From the NCBI GenBank assembly GCA_965203225.1, contig CBDBBW010000006.1:352040-416039 (forward strand): 64,000 bases of DNA, given 5' to 3'. This document shows, piece after piece, positions 1 to 8,205 of this stretch (position 1 is the stretch's first letter; the number at the start of each line of letters is the position of its first letter). Below the pieces are notes generated by a model. It was given only the letters and a program-made list of their open reading frames with translations, did not search any database and was not told the origin of the DNA. The stretch is from Bdellovibrionales bacterium. GTDB lineage: Bacteria > Bdellovibrionota > Bdellovibrionia > Bdellovibrionales > UBA1609. Both the position numbers and the translations under genes were made by a program.

Positions 1-434
1 GAAGACTTGATTTAAAGCAAGCAGAACTGTGGCTTCGTCAATTGATTGAAGCTACAAAAAATGAAGGAATTATTATCCTTGATTTCAAGTATTATATCGA
101 TGATTTCAATGATTTCAATGAAAAAAGCTCTAGCCATATTAGCCTGCAGGAGTTTCAGGATGTGTTGTCACTCATGGGAGTGAAGCTACCAAAAAAAATC
201 ATCGATGAGATGAGTCAGGAGAAGTTTCAGGAGCTGTTGTTAAGTGCAGTAGCCTTCACTAAAACCACGGATCGTATTAGCCGGCAGGAGTTTGAGGAGC
301 TGTTGATCAAGATGAAAGTTAAAGGAGTCATCAAGTCTTATAAAGGTTGGTATATAACAGAAGGCGATGGGTTGATGGATTCTTTTATAATTTACAAAAT
401 TAAAATAGCTTCTTCTCCGCTTTATGAGTATTAA
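1..434 (+). CDS. hypothetical protein, probably 5'-truncated by the window edge
   Basis: Frame 3 has no stop from nt 3 to the TAA at 432-434, so the listed ORF (TTG at 42) is probably the tail of a longer gene. It contains a duplicated IS(L/R)QEF(Q/E)..L helix motif. No family recognised. Confidence 0.35.
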   Translation, partial: RLDLKQAELWLRQLIEATKNEGIIILDFKYYIDDFNDFNEKSSSHISLQEFQDVLSLMGVKLPKKIIDEMSQEKFQELLLSAVAFTKTTDRISRQEFEELLIKMKVKGVIKSYKGWYITEGDGLMDSFIIYKIKIASSPLYEY

Positions 435-849
435 TAGGATATCCAGGAAAAGGAGATGTAAGATTTAGAGTTTTGTACTTTCCGGGTCGCAATTAAAAAA
501 AAATTAACCGGCTTTGCTCTTCCCGTGTTCGGATGAATTGGTTTTAGATGTTGTGATATTACAATCTGTAAGGACATACTGCAAAAATCAAGAGAAAAAT
601 CAAACCCTTAAAGCCTTTAGACTGATACTAAAGATGAACTCAGGCGGAGAGGATTTCAATTTGGAACAAAAGTGTCAAGGCTGTGGTTTAAAACACAGAT
701 GTTATTTTTTTGTGTTCTGAGTTCAAAGGAAGGTTTGAAACCGGGTATTATTTTATGATATTCTTTTACTGGAATTGAAATAACTTTCTGCCCCTATTTA
801 ATTATTAGCCGATATGTTTTATTGTCATTTTTTACTATGAGCTGAAGAT

Positions 850-2109
850 ATGAAAAGCACAAAAAAATCACTGCAATCCACATTAAACCGGCTCATCTCG
901 CCGGAAAAGCAATTGGAAAAGATCCGTTCCAATGCCGTTGATTTTGTTTCGGAAAAGGAGCTTTTAAACAAGCTTAAAAAGAGTTTTAACGAAAATCAGC
1001 CTTTGAAAATCAAAGCGGGCTTTGATCCCAGCCGTCCGGATTTGCACCTAGGCCATGTTGTTTTATTGAACAAGTTAAAATTGTTTCAGGATTTGGGGCA
1101 TGAGGTGATTTTCCTGATCGGGGATTTTACGGCGCAAATTGGAGATCCTTCCGGTGCAAATAAAACCCGATTGGTGTTAAGTCCAGCTGAAGTGAAAAAA
1201 AACGCCCAAACTTATTCCCGTCAGGTGTTTAAAATTTTGGATAAAAATAAAACAACAGTGTGTTTTAATTCCAAATGGCTGAGTAAAATGTCAGCAGGGG
1301 ATATTATCCGTCTGACAGGGCAGTATACTGTGGCGCGTATGTTGGAAAGAGATGATTTCTCAAAGCGGTTTAAAGCCAATCAATCCATCTGTGTACATGA
1401 GTTTTTATATCCTCTTTTGCAGGGCTATGATTCGATTGTCTTAAAGGCGGATGTGGAATTGGGAGGGACGGATCAGGTTTTTAATCTGCTGGTTGGGCGT
1501 GAACTGCAAAAAAAAGCCGAACAGGAGCCGCAATGTATTTTAACAGTGCCGGTGCTGGAGGGTTTGGACGGGGTTAAAAAAATGTCCAAAAGTTATGATA
1601 ACTATATTGCCATTGAAGATGCTCCAAAGGATATTTTTGGAAAAACAATGAAATTAACAGATGAATTGATGATTCGCTACTATGAATTGTTGACGAATAA
1701 AACATATCAGGAGATGGTTCAACTTAAGGCGGATTTAAAATCCGGGAAAGCCCATCCGATGCAGGTAAAAATGGATCTGGCTTCTTTTTTTGTAAAACTG
1801 TTTCATGGAGTTGAAGATGCAAAAAAAGCAAAAGAGAATTTTCAGAATGTTTTTTCCCGTCATGGACTGCCGTCGGATATGCCGGAGCACAAGTTGTCCT
1901 CCACGAAGGGTGTTTGGATCTGCCATTTAATTTGTACAACAGGTCTTGCCCCCTCCACCAGCTCAGCCAGGAGATTAATTCAGGGGCAGGCTGTGGAAAT
2001 AAACGGAAAAAAAGTGACAGATGAGAATTTGAAAATTGATCTCAGGACAGATGATAAATTGATACTTAAAGCTGGTAAAAGACGCTTTGCCAAACTAAAG
2101 GTGTTGTGA
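850..2109 (+). CDS. tyrS: tyrosine--tRNA ligase
   Basis: Class I aaRS motifs HLGH (HIGH) and KKMSKS (KMSKS), GDPSG tyrosyl signature region, and a C-terminal S4-like domain ([16 protein letters not shown]). Confidence 0.9.
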   Translation: MKSTKKSLQSTLNRLISPEKQLEKIRSNAVDFVSEKELLNKLKKSFNENQPLKIKAGFDPSRPDLHLGHVVLLNKLKLFQDLGHEVIFLIGDFTAQIGDPSGANKTRLVLSPAEVKKNAQTYSRQVFKILDKNKTTVCFNSKWLSKMSAGDIIRLTGQYTVARMLERDDFSKRFKANQSICVHEFLYPLLQGYDSIVLKADVELGGTDQVFNLLVGRELQKKAEQEPQCILTVPVLEGLDGVKKMSKSYDNYIAIEDAPKDIFGKTMKLTDELMIRYYELLTNKTYQEMVQLKADLKSGKAHPMQVKMDLASFFVKLFHGVEDAKKAKENFQNVFSRHGLPSDMPEHKLSSTKGVWICHLICTTGLAPSTSSARRLIQGQAVEINGKKVTDENLKIDLRTDDKLILKAGKRRFAKLKVL

Positions 2110-2111
2110 AG

Positions 2112-2741
2112 ATGAAAGTTAAATTTTTGCCTCAAAATGTGTCTGTGGATATAAAGCCGGGAAAAAATGTAATGGAGCTGGCTCGGGAAAACAAGCTTCC
2201 CATAAGCTCCTCTTGCAACGGTATGTGTTCCTGCGCCGAGTGCCGCGTTTATATTGTGGAAGGGGAGGCTCACATTCTGCCGCCGTCCGCCAAGGAAGTA
2301 GAACTGATAGGGGGAGGTTACTTTATTGACAACAGGCGCCTGTCCTGTCAGTTGTTTTGTTTTGGAGATGTAACTGTTGATTTGTCGGAGCAGGTGGATA
2401 GGGGAAAACAGGCAGTCAAAAAGCAGTTTTTAAAACATTTGTCTAAGGGTGGTGTGGAGGAAAGCTCTTCCGTGGGCGGCATTCTGGTGGAGCAAGATCA
2501 GGAAATCAATAAAATTAGCGTTTCTGAAGAGGAAAATACTGATCTGTTTCCGTCAGACGGGTTTTACGAAAAAAAAGCACCCGGCAGAAACAAAAACAAT
2601 AAGAACCGGCAAAACAAAAAGGATGTAAGACAAACAGCCGGCCGCTCATCTGAATTTCACACAATCAGCGCGAGGGGAAATAAACAAAAGAAAAGAAGAA
2701 ACAGAAATAAAAAAGCCAATTTCAAGTACAGAAGAAAATAG
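2112..2741 (+). CDS. 2Fe-2S ferredoxin (Fdx/adrenodoxin-type) with a long polybasic C-terminal tail
   Basis: Cys spacing C-x5-C-x2-C (CNGMCSCAEC) plus distal RLSCQ. The ORF overlaps the tyrS stop (GTG 2106 / ATG 2112). The last ~70 aa are K/R/N-rich. Confidence 0.6.
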   Translation: MKVKFLPQNVSVDIKPGKNVMELARENKLPISSSCNGMCSCAECRVYIVEGEAHILPPSAKEVELIGGGYFIDNRRLSCQLFCFGDVTVDLSEQVDRGKQAVKKQFLKHLSKGGVEESSSVGGILVEQDQEINKISVSEEENTDLFPSDGFYEKKAPGRNKNNKNRQNKKDVRQTAGRSSEFHTISARGNKQKKRRNRNKKANFKYRRK

Positions 2742-2755
2742 ATTTTAAAAGCAAA

Positions 2756-3937
2756 TTATATAAGAGATTCCATTTCTTTTGTAATATTTTTTTGCAGGGC
2801 TTCGTTGGTGCCGCCGCCGATCTCCATCAGTTTGGAGTCTCTCCACAGGCGCTCCACATGATATTCTCCCACATAGCCGTAACCTCCTAAAACCTGAATA
2901 GCTCTGTCAGCCACTCTTTTCCCCATTTGAGCGCAAATTAATTTAGCGGAATCCGAACCAAGTCTTTGCCCGGCTTTTTGTAAATCCATTGTTCTGGCTA
3001 TATCGTAGACATAAGAGCGGCAGGCCATATACTCTGCATAGCTTTCAGACAGGTATTTTTGAATTTGTCCGAAGTTTCTGATCTTTTCTCCAAAAGCCTG
3101 TCTTTCACTGGCATATTTGTTCATTTCCCTTAGGCATCTTTTGGCGATGCCCAAACTTATGGCGGCCAGACTCAATCTCTCAATTTCCAGATTTCTCATC
3201 ATGTGGGACAGAGAATCCCCTTCTTTGCCGAGGAGGTTTTTGTCGGGAACTTTACATTCATCCAAAACCAATTCGGCCGTGTTGGAAGCTCGCATACCGG
3301 TTTTACCTTTGATTATTTGGCCTACTTTAAACCCTTCAAAATCTTTTTCTACTACGAAGGAGGAAATTTTTTTTTTACTGGATTGAGTATAAAGCAAAAC
3401 ACAGTCCGCCGGAGTATTCTGTTCATCCTGAGCGCCGTTGGTGGTCCACATTTTTCTTCCGTTTAAAATAAAATGTTTGTTTTCTTTTCTGAATTGAGAT
3501 TGCATTCCAAAAACATCCGTGCCCGCAGAAGCTTCGGACATGGCCATAGCCCCTACCCATTCCCCTGAGCAAAGTTTTGTCAGCCATCTTTTTTTTTGTT
3601 CCTCACTGCCGTTGAGTGAAATATTATGGGTGCAAAGTATAGCATGGGCTAGGTAAGCCAGACAGAAACCCGGATCGGAACTGCTTAACTCCTCGTGCGC
3701 GATCACCACGGACAGAGCATCCATGCCGGCGCCTCCAAAAGCCGGATCCACTGTAATACCCAAAAGCCCCAAAGGCCCCATTTTTTTGAACAATTTCAGG
3801 TTGAACCGCTCCTCCCTGTCGTGCTGTAAAGCCTGCGTCTCCACCTCCTCTTTTACGAACGAGGACACGGCCTGTCGAAGCAGATGATGCTCCTCTGTGG
3901 GTTGGAATAAATCATATTTTTTTTGCAATGATGACAT
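2756..3937 (-). CDS. acyl-CoA dehydrogenase (isovaleryl-CoA dehydrogenase-like)
   Basis: ACAD family signatures (GSEEQKKRWL..GEWVGAMAMSEASAGTDV; C-terminal KLMEIGGGTNEA). Length of 393 aa is typical. Confidence 0.85.
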   Translation of the reverse strand: MSSLQKKYDLFQPTEEHHLLRQAVSSFVKEEVETQALQHDREERFNLKLFKKMGPLGLLGITVDPAFGGAGMDALSVVIAHEELSSSDPGFCLAYLAHAILCTHNISLNGSEEQKKRWLTKLCSGEWVGAMAMSEASAGTDVFGMQSQFRKENKHFILNGRKMWTTNGAQDEQNTPADCVLLYTQSSKKKISSFVVEKDFEGFKVGQIIKGKTGMRASNTAELVLDECKVPDKNLLGKEGDSLSHMMRNLEIERLSLAAISLGIAKRCLREMNKYASERQAFGEKIRNFGQIQKYLSESYAEYMACRSYVYDIARTMDLQKAGQRLGSDSAKLICAQMGKRVADRAIQVLGGYGYVGEYHVERLWRDSKLMEIGGGTNEALQKNITKEMESLI

Positions 3938-4013
3938 TGGACGCGTTCCTGTCTTGGGATCAAAACCGTGTTAGTATGTTCAATAGGGATTTTATCAAAA
4001 AATGAAAAATAAA

Positions 4014-4047
4014 GAAAGACAATTAAATTGTCTTTCCATGTTTTTTT
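4014..4047. terminator. orphan 10-bp perfect hairpin with T-runs on both strands
   Basis: gaaagacaat-taa-attgtctttc (4014-4036). It is followed by catg+T7 on the + strand and by TTTATTTTTCATTTTTT on the - strand. No gene reads into it on either strand. Confidence 0.3.
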
Positions 4048-4117
4048 GATTGCTCATGCGGATTTTTTTTTTGTCAGTCTCGATCCTGTGTTTTAAGATG
4101 CGCAAGGGAATTAGAAA

Positions 4118-4208
4118 ATTTGTAAAATTTACTCATTCACTAACTGTTTCAATTTTCAACTAATTTTTTTACTTACTTTTTATAAAAACTGTTATAACTA
4201 TTTATATC
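4118..4208 (+). repeat. ankyrin-cassette 5' leader DNA, copy 0
   Basis: ttgtaaaatttactca..cactaac..tcaattttcaactaattt..tataaaaactgttataa recurs upstream of every MTDLSFKQ start (8206, 9460, 10920) and once as an orphan (~12090-12180). Confidence 0.85.
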
Positions 4209-4805
4209 ATGACTGACTTAAGTTTTAAACAGATAATTGCTATAAACACCGGAGACTTAAAAAGGGCAGGGGCTGTTCTATTGCTGTTTGCCTTAAACTT
4301 CTGTTTTGCTCTTTCTTCCTTTGCTAACATTGAAACAATAGGTTCTTCCAATCCTTGTGTAAGCTTGTTTCAAACAGGTAAGCCTAAACCAGCTGATGCG
4401 CCTAAAAATATAGCTGAATTAGGTTTGGCTGTGACTCAAGGTTTAACGCTCACACCAGAACAAAAAGCATTTTGGGAAATATATCTCAATAATTTTTTTG
4501 AGAATCCTTCAAATACAATAGAAGACATAACAAGAGTTCATGATCTAATAAACCAATACCCGGGTCTTTCTAAACCTTCTTTTAGAGAGCAGGAACTGTC
4601 ATTAAAAGTGAAAAGATATTTGGTTTCAAAAGAGCTGTCGAGCTTTATACAAAGTTTTACAAAAAATAATGGAAAAAGAAGGCTGGTCTTTTTTCAAATT
4701 GAAGAGAACAGGACGGTTTTGGTTAAAAGTTTTGAATCCATCAAGAGCAAAAGAAAGTTCCAGCCAGCGGGGCAAAAGAGAGTTAGAGCCGGAGCTAAGA
4801 GCTAA
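4209..4805 (+). CDS. secreted-leader protein of the ankyrin cassette family (no ANK repeats); possibly the N-terminal piece of a frameshifted larger gene
   Basis: The first ~40 aa (MTDLSFKQIIAINTGDLKRAGAVLLLFALNFCFALSSFAN) are nearly identical to the leaders of the ANK paralogs. The ORF overlaps the out-of-frame ORFs 4669-4896 and 4883-7423. Confidence 0.5.
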   Translation: MTDLSFKQIIAINTGDLKRAGAVLLLFALNFCFALSSFANIETIGSSNPCVSLFQTGKPKPADAPKNIAELGLAVTQGLTLTPEQKAFWEIYLNNFFENPSNTIEDITRVHDLINQYPGLSKPSFREQELSLKVKRYLVSKELSSFIQSFTKNNGKRRLVFFQIEENRTVLVKSFESIKSKRKFQPAGQKRVRAGAKS

Positions 4806-4882
4806 ACTTGTTGATATTTTTGGAGGAGAAGAGTCTCTAAAAAAAATAAGGAACAGCAAGCATTTAGAAGAAGGTATGGATT

Positions 4883-7423
4883 TTGAATGTGTATAAAAAG
4901 CTTGAGGAAGAAAGACAGAAGCTGCTTTTAAAAAATGAGGACATTTCATTTATTTCAAAAGCGATGTTGGATCTTATTCATACAGCTGGTTTTTTTAATA
5001 AGGCTTGGACGAACCAGATAAAGGATAAAGACCCTTTTGTTGTGATAAGGTCTGTGACCAGGATCATTGAAAACAGGGAGCATTTATCATTAGAGCTTGG
5101 TTTTAAGAGTTTTTCAGATCTTAAACGCTCTCTTGGACTAAGCCGTATTGAGAAAGAGTTTTATGATAAAGAGGAGCTTTTGAAACGGCTTAAGTTTTTA
5201 GAGGAGCAAATTAAAGAAAGTGAATCATTTATTGAAGATCAAGAGGTTGTTTATAGAGTGAGAGCCTTAAGACTGCATGAGTCTCCTTTTAGAGGATGTG
5301 TAGGGGGAAGTGACTGTTCCAGCAGGACTTACTTTAAAAAAGGGTTGGATCCTAATTATATTTATTTTACAAAAACTGGATTAGAAGATTCCAAGTCGTC
5401 AGGACAAGTGACGGTTGTTTTAGGAACAGTGAAAGCTGAGGATGGCTCAAAGAAAAAGGTTGCTTTTATAGATAAGATACAAAATTTTTCAAAAGAAGAG
5501 TTGATACCGTTTTTATCAGCAGTTAGGGAAAGCGTGCAGGAAGAAGGTTATATTTTAGCTCTTCCCTTAAATGTGGGAGGTCATAATGGTTTATCTAATA
5601 CGACTAAATTAAGTAATTATGTATCAGAGAGTATTTTGCCTGCTCTTTTGAGGAATAATAAAGTTTTAATAAATTTTACTCCCCTGCCTCATAATTATAA
5701 TGATTTTAAAATTAGACTTATATATTCAAGAACTGAGCAAGGTTTAGATATGATAGAATTTACTTTAAACCCAGGAGATAATGTTCAAATTATACCAGGA
5801 GCTAAATATGAAGATTATAGTGTGGAAGGTTTGAATAAAAGAACTTTTATAGAAGAGCTGTCCAGTTTAAGAGAATCTAAGAACAGAGAAGATTTAAGCG
5901 TATATGTAGATAGTATATCAGCTTTAAATAAATTGAAGGATTTTAAAAAGTTGTTGGGTGAGTCGGAAAAGATTTTAAGAGAGATGTTAGAGGAGACAAG
6001 TTTTTTTAAGGTAAAGAAGAAGATTTTATATGTATTGATTTTAGAGTTTGAGATAGGTCTTTCAGATTTTTTATATATGTTTGAGAGATTTTTTACAGAA
6101 GCTGAAAAAAACTCTTTAAGGTCAGAGATAAGCAACTGGAAGAATTCGAGCAATTGGAAAAAAACAGAGTTTTATGAATTGTTAAGAATAGCGTTTCCTG
6201 TAAGGCCTCAGTTGTCTTATTTTAAAAATCTGTTTAAAAATGATAAGAAGATTATGTCTTATGAGCTAACATTTGTTTTAAAAAAAGGTAGAAAGAAAAA
6301 CCAAAAGGAGTATGAGAGAATCGTCCTGGATTTATTGGAGACAAAAAAATGGTATGATATTAAAGATAATCATAATTTTTTGGTTGCTAAAGTTGGTAAT
6401 ACAAAAATAGTGGAAGCTTTAATAAAAGCTGGAGTGGATGTAAATGCTGTAAATAACGATGGACTCACGGCTTTATGGGTCGCCGCTAGGAATGGTCATA
6501 CAGAAACAGTGGAAGCTTTAATAAGAGCTGGAGCGGATGTAAATGCTGTAAATGCTGTAAATAACGATGGACTCACGGCTTTATGGCTCGCCGCTAGGAA
6601 TGGTCATACAAAAATAGTGGAAGCTTTAATAAAAGCTGGAGTGGATGTAAATGCTGTAAATAACGATGGAAACACGGCTTTGACATTAGCCGCTATGAAT
6701 GGTCATACAGAAACAGTGGAAGCTTTAATAAGAGAGGGAGCGAATGTAAATGCTGTAAATAACGATGGACTCACGGCTTTATGGGTCGCCGCTATGAATG
6801 GTCATACAAAAATAGTGGAAGCTTTAATAAGAGAGGGAGCGAATGTAAATGCTGTAAATAACAAGGGACTCACGGCTTTATGGATCGCCGCTATGAATGG
6901 TCATACAGAAACAGTGGAAGCTTTAATAAGAGAGGGAGCGAATCTAAAGGCTGTAAATAACGATGGACTCATGGCTTTATGGCTCGCCGCTAGGAATGGT
7001 CATACAAAAATAGTGGAAGCTTTAATAAGAGAGGGAGTGGATGTAAATGCTGTAGATATAGATGGAGACACGGCTTTGATTTTTGCCGCTATGAATGGTC
7101 ATACAGAAACAGTGGAAGCTTTAATAAGAGAGGGAGCGAATGTAAATGCTGTAAATAACAAGGGACTCACGGCTTTGACATTAGCCGCTATAAAGATTCA
7201 TACAAAAAAAATAGTGGAAGCTTTAATAAGAGCTGGAGCGGATGTAGAGGCTGTAAATAACAATGGACTCACGGCTTTTTATTTTGCCCCTATGAAGCAT
7301 CATATACAAACAATGGAAGCTTTAGTAAGAGAGAGAGAGCGCGCGAAAGCGGATGTAAATGTTTTAGAAGATGGAAATGTGCGGGAAAAACTTGAGAAAG
7401 AAGATACAAAAACAAATCAGTAG
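4883..7423 (+). CDS. ankyrin-repeat protein with an unrecognised ~490-aa N-terminal region
   Basis: The C-terminal half has ~9-10 consecutive 33-aa ANK units (NNDGLTALW.AA.NGHT..VEALI..GA.VNAV). Only a TTG start is available because the frame opens at 4868. No signal peptide of its own. Confidence 0.7.
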   Translation: MNVYKKLEEERQKLLLKNEDISFISKAMLDLIHTAGFFNKAWTNQIKDKDPFVVIRSVTRIIENREHLSLELGFKSFSDLKRSLGLSRIEKEFYDKEELLKRLKFLEEQIKESESFIEDQEVVYRVRALRLHESPFRGCVGGSDCSSRTYFKKGLDPNYIYFTKTGLEDSKSSGQVTVVLGTVKAEDGSKKKVAFIDKIQNFSKEELIPFLSAVRESVQEEGYILALPLNVGGHNGLSNTTKLSNYVSESILPALLRNNKVLINFTPLPHNYNDFKIRLIYSRTEQGLDMIEFTLNPGDNVQIIPGAKYEDYSVEGLNKRTFIEELSSLRESKNREDLSVYVDSISALNKLKDFKKLLGESEKILREMLEETSFFKVKKKILYVLILEFEIGLSDFLYMFERFFTEAEKNSLRSEISNWKNSSNWKKTEFYELLRIAFPVRPQLSYFKNLFKNDKKIMSYELTFVLKKGRKKNQKEYERIVLDLLETKKWYDIKDNHNFLVAKVGNTKIVEALIKAGVDVNAVNNDGLTALWVAARNGHTETVEALIRAGADVNAVNAVNNDGLTALWLAARNGHTKIVEALIKAGVDVNAVNNDGNTALTLAAMNGHTETVEALIREGANVNAVNNDGLTALWVAAMNGHTKIVEALIREGANVNAVNNKGLTALWIAAMNGHTETVEALIREGANLKAVNNDGLMALWLAARNGHTKIVEALIREGVDVNAVDIDGDTALIFAAMNGHTETVEALIREGANVNAVNNKGLTALTLAAIKIHTKKIVEALIRAGADVEAVNNNGLTAFYFAPMKHHIQTMEALVRERERAKADVNVLEDGNVREKLEKEDTKTNQ
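6360..7330 (+). repeat. 99-bp in-frame coding tandem repeats (ANK units), highly similar at the nucleotide level
   Basis: gtggaagctttaataa.agc/gagggagc.gatgtaaatgctgtaaataa.gatgga..cacggcttt recurs with 99-bp periodicity. There is an extra 9-bp slip (gtaaatgct x3) around 6537-6563. Confidence 0.9.
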
Positions 7424-7484
7424 AAGAAGCTTCTTGTTCTCTTTGACTTATTAACAAGAGAGAGTATCTTACTTCTTAAAAGGA

Positions 7485-7628
7485 TTACACTATGGTTTCT
7501 ATAACATCCCATACTTTATGCAACTCTTTTTCCTTGATGCAATAAGGAGGAAGAATATAAATAACCCCTCCTAAAGGTCTTAAAAACACACCTTGTTTTA
7601 AAGTTTTTTGAAAAGCTTTTTCTGGAAA
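7485..7628 (-). pseudogene. bioA: C-terminal relic of adenosylmethionine-8-amino-7-oxononanoate aminotransferase (BioA-like)
   Basis: The minus-strand translation ..KQGVFLRPLGGVIYILPPYCIKEKELHKVWDVIETIV* matches the conserved BioA C-terminus (E. coli ..[21 protein letters not shown]..). Only ~47 codons remain, and the upstream part is replaced by ankyrin DNA. Confidence 0.6.
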
Positions 7629-7629
7629 A

Positions 7630-7968
7630 GTGGAAGCTTTAATAAGAGCTGGAGTGGATGTAGAGGCTGTAAATAAAAATGGAAACACGGCTTTGATATT
7701 AGCCGCTATGATGATGCGTCATACAGAAACATTGGAAGCTTTAATAAGAGCTGGAGCGGATGTAAAGGCTGTAGATATAGATGGAAACACGGCTTTGAGC
7801 TTTGCCTCTAAGAAGGGTCATACAGAAACAGTGAAAGCTTTAATAAGAGCTGGAGCGGATGTAAAGGCTGAAAATAAATATGGAGAAACAGCTTTGAGTT
7901 TAGCCTCTATGATGGGTTATAAAGAAATAGTGAAAATTTTAGTAAGAGCTGGAGCGAAGCAGATGTAA
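7630..7968 (+). pseudogene. 5'-truncated ankyrin cassette paralog (3 ANK units, no leader)
   Basis: It starts exactly at a VEALIRAG unit boundary with no MTDLSFKQ leader. It ends with the family C-terminus ..ILVRAGAKQM* and is followed by the conserved spacer. Confidence 0.6.
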
Positions 7969-8205
7969 AGGTTTTAAAAGAAATACATAAAGAAGATTAA
8001 AGAAAACAAGATGCACAGAGGCCAAGTGAAAAAGCGGCCAATAAACACTAGCCGGGAATTGTTAAAAAACTCAAAATCTATTTTCAACTAATTTTTTTGT
8101 CTATTTTTGTAAAATTTACTCACATTCACTAACTTTTTCAATTTTAAATTAATTTTTATAAAAACTGTTATAAAAATTTTTTTAGATGTAATAAATATTT
8201 ATGTC
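7969..8205 (+). repeat. conserved inter-cassette spacer, copy 1
   Basis: ..ttttaaaagaaatacataaag.agattaa.gagaaca/gagatgcacagaggccaagtgaaaaagcggccaataaacactagccgg.. plus leader DNA. Near-identical copies follow each ANK gene. Confidence 0.9.

Noticed and set aside
434-849. T-box leader or other riboswitch upstream of tyrS; 68-aa ORF 514-720
   Set aside because: I could not find a T-box consensus (AGAGA / specifier / AAUUAGGGUGGUACCGCG-like) or any other conserved riboswitch core. There is only a weak 5-bp hairpin plus T-run at ~681-711. The ORF has no RBS and a low-complexity sequence.
4040-4075. 15-codon ORF MKNKERQLNCLSMFF* spanning the 4014-4036 hairpin, considered as an attenuator leader peptide for the ANK array
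   Set aside because: There is no RBS and no alternative antiterminator pairing that I can see. The first ANK-family start lies 160 bp further on with its own conserved leader DNA.
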